Source: an archaeon
GTDB taxonomy: Archaea > Iainarchaeota > Iainarchaeia > Iainarchaeales > 1-14-0-10-31-34
Direction: 5' to 3'
Length of the DNA: 32,000 nucleotides
Assembly (NCBI GenBank): GCA_024277355.1
Contig: JAJRVL010000011.1
Coordinates: forward strand, 30,001-62,000
The translations under genes were made by a program, and so were the position numbers. This document shows, piece by piece, positions 26,335-32,000 of the stretch; within the stretch, counting starts at the first letter, position 1; every line of letters starts with the position of its first letter. The notes beneath the pieces are model-generated. The model was not told the DNA's origin, did no database searches, and saw only the letters and a program-made list of their open reading frames with translations.

Positions 26335-27224
26335 TTGATAAAAGTGAAATAATTCCTTTCAATATTCTTCCAGTTCCATTAATAAAAAAACTTTCAATGA
26401 AATTTTATGGTACAGGAACAAAATTATCAAAATTTTTTCCTGATTTAAAATTAGAGTTAGCTCAGGCAGAATTAGCTTACAGCGAAAAAGAATACAGTGC
26501 AATAATCATTACAATGGCAGTAATTTACGGTGTTATTGGATTAATAATTGGATTATTGTTTGGTTTCAGGCTTTTTCCTGATGGATTTATTTTAGTTGGG
26601 TTAGGCGGAGGAGCATTAGTTGGTTTTTTTGTAATGTTTCAGGTTGCTTTTTATCCAAAAATAAAAGGAAAAAAGAAAATAAGAGAAATTGAAAGAAATT
26701 TAATTTTTGCTTTAAGGACAATGAGTGTAGAAATAAAATCAGGAGTTTCATTATTTGATTCACTTAATATTATAGCACAAGGAGATTATGGTGCTTTATC
26801 AATTGAATTTGGCAAAGCAGTAAAAGAAATTGAAACAGGAACAATGGAAGAAAATGCATTAGAAAAAATTGCAAGATATAATCCTTCATTGTTTTTCAGA
26901 AGAAGTATATGGCAGATAATTAATGGAATGAAAGCAGGAGCAGATGTAAGTTCAGTAATGGAAGAATTAGTTGCAACAATGATAAGAGAAGAAAAATTAC
27001 AGATAACAAGATACGGTAATTCAATGAAATTACTTTCATTAATGTACATGATGTTAGGTGTAATAATTCCTTCTTTAGGAATAACTTTTTTGATTATATT
27101 ATCTTCTTTTCCTCAAATGCAGTTAGGAGAATTATTATTCTGGATGTTATTAGGAGTTATTATTGTAGGTGAATTTATGTATTTAGGAATATTAAAATCA
27201 AAAACACCAAATTTAATGGGATAA
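26331..27224 (+). CDS. Pilus platform membrane protein, single T2SSF domain (TadB/EpdJ-like)
   Basis: A cytoplasmic helical T2SSF-type domain (LIFALRTMSVEIKSGVSLFDSLNIIAQGDYGALSIEFGKAVKEIETGTMEENALEKIA) is flanked by TM helices. Its ATG overlaps the ATPase stop. Confidence 0.8.
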   Translation: MIDKSEIIPFNILPVPLIKKLSMKFYGTGTKLSKFFPDLKLELAQAELAYSEKEYSAIIITMAVIYGVIGLIIGLLFGFRLFPDGFILVGLGGGALVGFFVMFQVAFYPKIKGKKKIREIERNLIFALRTMSVEIKSGVSLFDSLNIIAQGDYGALSIEFGKAVKEIETGTMEENALEKIARYNPSLFFRRSIWQIINGMKAGADVSSVMEELVATMIREEKLQITRYGNSMKLLSLMYMMLGVIIPSLGITFLIILSSFPQMQLGELLFWMLLGVIIVGEFMYLGILKSKTPNLMG

Positions 27225-27225
27225 A

Positions 27226-28209
27226 ATGTATGAAAAAATTAGTTCAATGATTCCAAGAAATGTCTTAAAGGCATTTAAAAACGAATTAACATATGCAGGA
27301 ATAGACTTAGATGAAAAAAACTTTGTTGGTTTTGTGTTTGTTTTTGGTTTTGCAACAGCAATTGCAGCAGGATTTGCTTTAAATTTCTTTTTTTCACTTC
27401 ATTTTTTTATTGGATTTATTACAGGATTTATTTTAACTGTAGGGGGAATTTATTACCTGCTTAATCAGGCAGGAGACAGCAAAGCAAGATTTGTAGAAAA
27501 AATTCTGCCTGACGCACTTCAATTAATTGCTTCAAACATGAAGTCAGGATTAACAACAGAAAAAGCATTATTGGTTTCATCAAGACCTGAATTTGGTGCA
27601 TTAGCAATAGAATTAAAATAAGCAAGCAAAAAAATGATGACTGGAGAAAGAACTGAAACAGCCTTAAAAGAAATGACTTTAAAAATAAGATCAAAAATTT
27701 TCAGTAAAACAGTCTGGCTTATAACAGAAGGAATTAATTCAGGCGGAGAAATGGCTAACTTGCTTTTACAGTTGTCTAATGATTTAAGAGAGCAGAATGC
27801 ATTACAGGAAGAAGTAAAAGGAAATGTTTCAATGTATGTAATTTTGATTTTTTTTGCTTCAGTTATTGGCGCACCATTAATGTTTGGAATAAGTTCTTTT
27901 ATTGTACAGATAATGGCAAAACAAGCAGGTGGTTTATCAGGATTATCAGAAGAAAGTTTAGCTTTAGCTTCATCTCAAGGAGCATTTTCATCTGGAACAG
28001 GAATAAGTATTACAGCTGACTTTATTGTAATGTTTTCAATGATAACTTTGTTTGTTATTTCAGTTTTTGGTTCACTTACAATAGGAATAATAAGTACTAG
28101 AAGTGAAAAAGGCGTAATAAAGAATATTCCTTTAATGTTAATTTCATCTTATGTGATTTACTTTATTGTTTTAACTGTATTACAATCAACTTTTAGTTCA
28201 TTGGTTTAA
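27226..28209 (+). pseudogene. Second single-T2SSF-domain platform gene (TadC/EpdK-like) interrupted by one in-frame TAA at 27619-27621
   Basis: ORFs 27226-27621 and 27634-28209 are in the same frame, separated only by TAA plus four sense codons. Read through, PEFGALAIELK*ASKKMMTGERTETALKEM aligns to GDYGALSIEFGKAVKEIETGTMEENALEKI of the paralog, with the stop opposite a Lys codon. Confidence 0.65.
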
Positions 28210-28409
28210 AACAAAAATAACGCTAAAAAAAAAGTTAATTAATTCTTAATTCAATAAAAACATAAACAACTAAAAGAACAAAAATAATTACAATTAAAAA
28301 ATAAAAAAAAATACTAATTAAAAATATAAACAACTAAAACAGAAAAATAAATTAAAATTCAATAAATATCAATAACTAAAAAAAAATAATTATCATTAAC
28401 TAAAAAATT

Positions 28410-28430
28410 AAAAAAAAAGAAAAAGAAAAG
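28410..28430 (-). terminator. Oligo-T tracts (archaeal-type termination signal) downstream of the pilin gene
   Basis: On the minus strand, within ~15-35 nt after the stop, there are T4, T5 and T9 runs (plus-strand A-runs at 28426-28429, 28420-24 and 28410-18). Confidence 0.35.
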
Positions 28431-28443
28431 TGGAAGTTTAAGT

Positions 28444-28878
28444 TTAAACTGTTCCACTGCAAGTTGTTTTTTCTGATTTGGTTATTCCGCCTGTAACTGT
28501 ATAATTAATTGTTACGTCTTCTGTAATGTTTCCTGAAAAAGTGTTTCCGCCTAAAACAAATGTGTTTTCATCTGTTTTTGCAAGCGAGGCATCTCCTGAT
28601 GCAGAACCGTCTGCCCAAACAATAGTACCAGAACTTCCTGTAAAGCTATTAATGGTTATTGCATTAGGATTAGTGTTTTTAATTGTCAACTGAATGGTGT
28701 CTGCGTTAAAATCATAGTCTTTAATAAACAACTTTCCTCCGGTTGCAGTGCATTGTTTTGGAGTATTAAACACACCAAAAGCAAATAAGGCTGCAATTAC
28801 AATTACAATTACAACCAAAGCCCAACCATAAGTCATCAGGTATTCCAATGCAGATTGTCCTTTTGTATCTTTAAACAT
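28444..28878 (-). CDS. Type IV pilin with class III signal peptide (candidate major pilin)
   Basis: N-terminus MFKDTKG|QSALEYLMTYGWALVVIVIVIAALFAFGV (QxSxEYL motif). It is monocistronic, has a GGAGG SD 7 nt upstream of the ATG, and has oligo-T tracts just downstream. Confidence 0.85.
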   Translation of the reverse strand: MFKDTKGQSALEYLMTYGWALVVIVIVIAALFAFGVFNTPKQCTATGGKLFIKDYDFNADTIQLTIKNTNPNAITINSFTGSSGTIVWADGSASGDASLAKTDENTFVLGGNTFSGNITEDVTINYTVTGGITKSEKTTCSGTV

Positions 28879-28885
28879 TTATCTT

Positions 28886-28890
28886 CCTCC
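28886..28890 (-). promoter_or_regulatory. Shine-Dalgarno sequence (GGAGG) of the candidate major pilin gene
   Basis: The minus strand reads AAAGGAGGAAGATAAATG, giving a 7-nt spacer to the ATG at 28878. Confidence 0.6.
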
Positions 28891-29047
28891 TTTTAAATTT
28901 AAAAAACAATAAATGAATACTATTAGAAGGTTTATTGTATTTAAATGTTTTGTGGTTTAAGAAAACAAAACCACTGTTTAATAAAAAAAAAATAAATAAA
29001 AAAATGTTTAAAACTGAAAGGCAGTTATTTTAAATAACTTAAACCTA

Positions 29048-29057
29048 TTTTATTAGA
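29048..29057 (+). promoter_or_regulatory. TATA-like box of the KaiC-like gene (TTTTATTAGA)
   Basis: It lies 25-34 nt upstream of the ATG at 29082. The same 10-mer, TTTTATTAGA, occurs in the pilus operon promoter (16904-16913). Confidence 0.4.
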
Positions 29058-29081
29058 AGACTTAATTTAAAGTGAAATTTA

Positions 29082-29780
29082 ATGCCAAGATTAACTGACA
29101 GAACAAAAACAGGAGTTCCAGGATTAGATGAATTACTGGACGGCGGGATTCCAAGAGGAAATTTAGTTGTATTAGCAGGAGACCCTGGTTCAGGAAAAAC
29201 CTGTTTTTGCCTTGAATATCTATACAAAGGAGCATTGGATTACAACGAACCAGGAATATATATTTCATTAGAAGAAAGCTATGCTGAAATAATACGAAAC
29301 GGAAGAGAATTTGGATATGAATTAGAAGAATTAATAAAGAAAAAAATGCTGATAATTGAAACAGTAGAATTATATGATTTTGAAAAACTGAAAAATTTAA
29401 TTGAAGATTCAATTCAGATAATTAATGCAAAACGATTAGTAATTGATCCTGGAGTAATTTTCAGATTATATTTTGATAGAGAATTAGATGCAAGAAAAAG
29501 AATAATGAGTTTAGGAAAAATGCTTAAATTAATTGACTGCACTACTATAATAACAAATGAAATTAATTTAGACAAAACAAGAAGTTTATTTGGATTAGAA
29601 GAATATGTGGCTGACGGAGTGTTGTTGCTGTATCATACAAAAATAGAAAACAGGTTTGTAAGAAGTTTAGGTGTATTAAAAATGAGAGGAACAAAAATAT
29701 CAGAAAAACTTCATCCAGTTACAATCGGCCCAACAGGAATAAAAGTTTTATCAAAACAAGAATTATTTGAGGATATATAA
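29082..29780 (+). CDS. KaiC-like single-domain RecA-superfamily ATPase (COG0467 type)
   Basis: TGVPGLDELLDGGIPRGNLVVLAGDPGSGKTCFCLEYL (Walker A), RLVIDPG (Walker B strand) and LGVLKMRGTKISEKLHPVTIGPTGIKV (typical KaiC-family C-terminus). Confidence 0.85.
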   Translation: MPRLTDRTKTGVPGLDELLDGGIPRGNLVVLAGDPGSGKTCFCLEYLYKGALDYNEPGIYISLEESYAEIIRNGREFGYELEELIKKKMLIIETVELYDFEKLKNLIEDSIQIINAKRLVIDPGVIFRLYFDRELDARKRIMSLGKMLKLIDCTTIITNEINLDKTRSLFGLEEYVADGVLLLYHTKIENRFVRSLGVLKMRGTKISEKLHPVTIGPTGIKVLSKQELFEDI

Positions 29781-29781
29781 A

Positions 29782-30609
29782 ATGAAGAAAAAAAAAGCAA
29801 AACAAAAGGTTAAACTGAAAAAAGCAGTTAAAAAACCAAAAAACAAAAAAAAGCCAAGTTCAATTAAAGAATTAGAAAACTTACTTACAAAACCATTAAA
29901 GCAGAAAAGAACTTTTGTGACAAAAGAAGAAAAAAGTATTGTAAAACAAAAAAATAAAATAAACAGCAAAATTGAAATGAAAACAAATCTTGAACAAGAA
30001 ATCCATCCTGATGCTGAATTATCAGAATTAATTGACCCAAAAAGAGGCATTGACTTAAAGATATTAAGATATTTAGAAGAACTTCCAAAAGAACAGTTTA
30101 CTGCATTGCTTTTAGTTGAACCAACAAATTACTCTAAAATAAACTATGAATTATTAAGGCTTTTAATAAACCATACAAAAGGAAAAGGAATATATGTAAC
30201 TTTAAATCGTGCTTATGAATTTGTAGAAGAAACACTAAAAAAAGAAAAAATTGATACAGAACAAATAGTTTTCATTGATGCAATAAGCAAAGGAACAGGA
30301 AAAAACATTGTATCCAGAGAAAACGTTGAATACATTGAATCCCCAAGAGATTTAACTGCATTAAGTGTAATATTAGATGAAACATACCAGAAAATGACAG
30401 AAAAACCAAAATTTATGGTGTTTGATTCAATCAGCACTTTATTGATTTACAATGATGTTTCTTCAGTTGAAAGATTTACTCATTTAATTATAGGAAAATT
30501 AAGGGAATGGCGGATGAAAGGAGTATTATTAATGGTTAAATCAGAAGAACACAGAGGAGTAGTTAATTCATTAAGCCAGTTCTGCGACAGAATTCTTGAA
30601 ATAATATAA
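29782..30609 (+). CDS. KaiC/RecA-like paralog lacking a P-loop, with polybasic N-terminal tail
   Basis: The ATG at 29782 lies 1 nt after the upstream stop. After MKKKKAKQKVKLKKAVKKPKNKKKP... the region LLVEPTNYSKINYELL occupies the P-loop position. KFMVFDSISTLL is Walker-B-like, and GVLLMVKSEE...LSQFCDRILEI resembles the KaiC-family C-terminal strands. Confidence 0.55.
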   Translation: MKKKKAKQKVKLKKAVKKPKNKKKPSSIKELENLLTKPLKQKRTFVTKEEKSIVKQKNKINSKIEMKTNLEQEIHPDAELSELIDPKRGIDLKILRYLEELPKEQFTALLLVEPTNYSKINYELLRLLINHTKGKGIYVTLNRAYEFVEETLKKEKIDTEQIVFIDAISKGTGKNIVSRENVEYIESPRDLTALSVILDETYQKMTEKPKFMVFDSISTLLIYNDVSSVERFTHLIIGKLREWRMKGVLLMVKSEEHRGVVNSLSQFCDRILEII

Positions 30610-30625
30610 AAATCAAAAACAGAAA

Positions 30626-31204
30626 CTATAAATCAAAAACAAAATTCTTTTTCACTGAATTAAAAGGAAAAGCAGTTAATTCAACAAACAATTTTTTTTC
30701 TTTAACTTCAAAGAAAAAATTATAATCCATCATTTTTTTTATATTCATTAAAACAGCATTATCATGCAGTCTTTCATCAATAAAACACACAACTGAATAA
30801 TTCAGTTCTTTTGCTTTTCTTGTTTCAAAAAACAAAAAAGAATAAACTGCATTAGAAGGATTAAATGAAAGTAAAGAAGACAAAGAATCAAATAATAAAA
30901 TTCCTTTGTTTTCTTTTTTGCCTTGAACTGAATGAATTGAAGAAGAAATTTCAGGAAGAGAAAACCCTTCAATTTCAACTGCTTTTTTTCCAAAACCATA
31001 TTTTGATATAACAAAAAAGTCATCCATTAAAGAAGAATAATTTGATGGATTAAATAAAACTAAAATGTTTTTTTGGTTTTTGTTTTTTTTAAACATTAAT
31101 TCAATTAGTTTTTTTGCCTGAACTGACTTTCCGGAAAACATAATGCTTGAATTAGGCTTTACTCCTAATAAATCAAAAGAAAAATTCATAATAAAAAAAC
31201 ACAT
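30626..31204 (-). CDS. Short RecA/KaiC-like paralog with degenerate P-loop
   Basis: SSIMFSGKSVQAKKLIELMF is a degenerate GK[ST] motif. GILLFDSLSSLL is a Walker-B-like strand, and SVVCFIDERLHDNAVL is a later strand. The start may be the M at 31189. Confidence 0.45.
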   Translation of the reverse strand: MCFFIMNFSFDLLGVKPNSSIMFSGKSVQAKKLIELMFKKNKNQKNILVLFNPSNYSSLMDDFFVISKYGFGKKAVEIEGFSLPEISSSIHSVQGKKENKGILLFDSLSSLLSFNPSNAVYSFLFFETRKAKELNYSVVCFIDERLHDNAVLMNIKKMMDYNFFFEVKEKKLFVELTAFPFNSVKKNFVFDL

Positions 31205-31220
31205 TAAGCAAATAAAAGGT

Positions 31221-32000
31221 TTATTGCTTAAAAGAAATAATTTTGCCTGAAAACTCTGAAAGTTTTTCTTTTAAAGAGTCAGTTAAAGATAAAATTTCAT
31301 CTGAAATTTTTTTTGAGTTATTTTGCTGTCTTGCAAGTTCTTTTTCTGAATTCTGCTTTGAATTATTCAAAGAAATTATTTCTTCTTCTAAAGAAGAAAT
31401 TTTACCTGAAATTTCAGATAAACTGATTTTTCTTTCTATTTCATTAAGTGATTTCTCTGTTTCAGAAAATTCATTAAACATTAAATCAAAATTATATTCA
31501 GTTAATTCATTTAAAACAGCTGTTTTTTTTATTTTTTCTTTTTCTTTTAATGAAATTTTTCCTTCAGAAATTAATTCCTGAATATAAGAAAAAATTTTTT
31601 TTAAGATTAATGCATTATTGTCTTTTTTTAATGCAAGAAAAGGATTTGAAAGATAAGCTTCTAAAAGAGATTTTTCTTCTGGTTTAAGCAAAAAATTCTT
31701 TGATTCAGATAACTTGCTTAAAACTTTCATGGATTTTTCAATTGGAAAAAGAAGTTGAATTAATTTTGTTTTAGTTTCCTGTTTTTTATGGATTAAAACG
31801 CTTTTTTCTTCAAAAAAAGATTTCAGTTCTGCTGCTTCAGGAGAAAGTTTTAATGAATCTAATCTTTCCTGTAATTCAGTTATTTTTTTATTTAAATCAT
31901 TATTTCTTTTTTTTATTTCTGTTTCAGATAAAACAGAAGCAGAATTCAATTCATTTTTTTTCTTTAATTCAGTAAATTCTTCTTTTATTTCTGAAAGCAG
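31221..32000 (-). CDS. Coiled-coil protein (5' end probably outside window)
   Basis: Heptad-rich and Lys/Glu/Ser/Leu-rich. The frame stays open upstream of the listed TTG (31949) to the window edge (LLSEIKEEFTELKKKNE...). Confidence 0.55.
   Translation of the reverse strand: MLSEIKEEFTELKKKNELNSASVLSETEIKKRNNDLNKKITELQERLDSLKLSPEAAELKSFFEEKSVLIHKKQETKTKLIQLLFPIEKSMKVLSKLSESKNFLLKPEEKSLLEAYLSNPFLALKKDNNALILKKIFSYIQELISEGKISLKEKEKIKKTAVLNELTEYNFDLMFNEFSETEKSLNEIERKISLSEISGKISSLEEEIISLNNSKQNSEKELARQQNNSKKISDEILSLTDSLKEKLSEFSGKIISFKQ

Noticed and set aside
27619-27621. TAA reassigned as a sense codon (alternative genetic code)
   Set aside because: TAA terminates many of the well-supported genes in this window at positions consistent with homolog lengths (AMMECR1, KaiC-like, pilins), so a global reassignment is not tenable. 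A local nonsense mutation or an error is more likely.
28210-28443. CRISPR array or structured tandem repeat in the A-rich spacer
   Set aside because: There are only two imperfect copies, no conserved repeat/spacer periodicity and no palindromic repeat core. It is low-complexity sequence.
24814-30437. Remaining short antisense ORFs (25037-25261, 25296-25580, 25995-26213, 26786-27049, 27461-27694, 29045-29412, 29763-30088, 30213-30437)
   Set aside because: Each lies opposite a gene with strong motif support (ATPase, T2SSF platform or KaiC-like). All are short, with Leu/Phe/Ile-rich low-complexity translations.
16948-31204. Interpreting the locus as an archaellum (fla/arl) operon because of the FlaI-like ATPase and a KaiC-like (FlaH-like) gene
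   Set aside because: I could not recognise FlaF/FlaG-type proteins or archaellin-like subunits. The platform is split into two single-domain genes rather than one FlaJ. The pilins carry the DUF361/Epd-type QxSxEYL motif, and the KaiC-like gene is a separate transcription unit. An adhesive Epd/Tad-like pilus fits better.
1-32000. Bacterial (for example CPR) origin of the contig, suggested by the bacterial-type LeuRS core and class I GAPDH
   Set aside because: The archaeal-type PGK, class III signal peptides with the Epd/DUF361 motif and a FlaI-family ATPase with its long N-terminal domain all point to an archaeon. So do the PRC-barrel and AMMECR1 gene set and the BRE/TATA boxes ~25-35 nt upstream of start codons. 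The bacterial-like genes are better explained as acquisitions.

Overview
The window is very AT-rich and densely coding, and it reads as archaeal, most likely from a small-genome DPANN-type lineage. Evidence for an archaeal origin: BRE/TATA-like boxes about 25-35 nt upstream of several start codons, class III (prepilin-type) signal peptides, an archaeal-type phosphoglycerate kinase, and a FlaI-family ATPase. Some housekeeping genes nevertheless look bacterial-type (type I GAPDH, catalytic core of LeuRS). Nt 1-16.8 kb carries housekeeping genes (Fap7-like fragment, AMMECR1, PRC-barrel, NFACT-N, leuS, a gap-pgk-EamA operon, a HypC-like gene) mixed with predicted surface and membrane proteins that have no recognisable family. 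Nt 16.9-28.9 kb is the main feature: an apparently complete Epd/Tad-like type IV pilus cluster. It contains several pilin-like genes with K/R-G|Q class III signals, a 907-aa pilin-signal protein whose vWA domain is split by a seven-repeat LVIVD beta-propeller, an FN3/Cys-knot protein, a Lys/Glu-rich protein, a FlaI/TadA-like ATPase and two single-domain T2SSF platform genes. One platform gene carries an in-frame TAA. A strongly SD-driven candidate major pilin sits on the opposite strand. Nt 29.1-32.0 kb holds one intact KaiC-like ATPase, two paralogs with degenerate P-loops, and a coiled-coil protein. An ~80-nt island of about 65% G+C with tandem hairpins lies inside the leader-coding region of one pilin-like gene. 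All calls come from reading the translations and DNA by eye; no database search was run.
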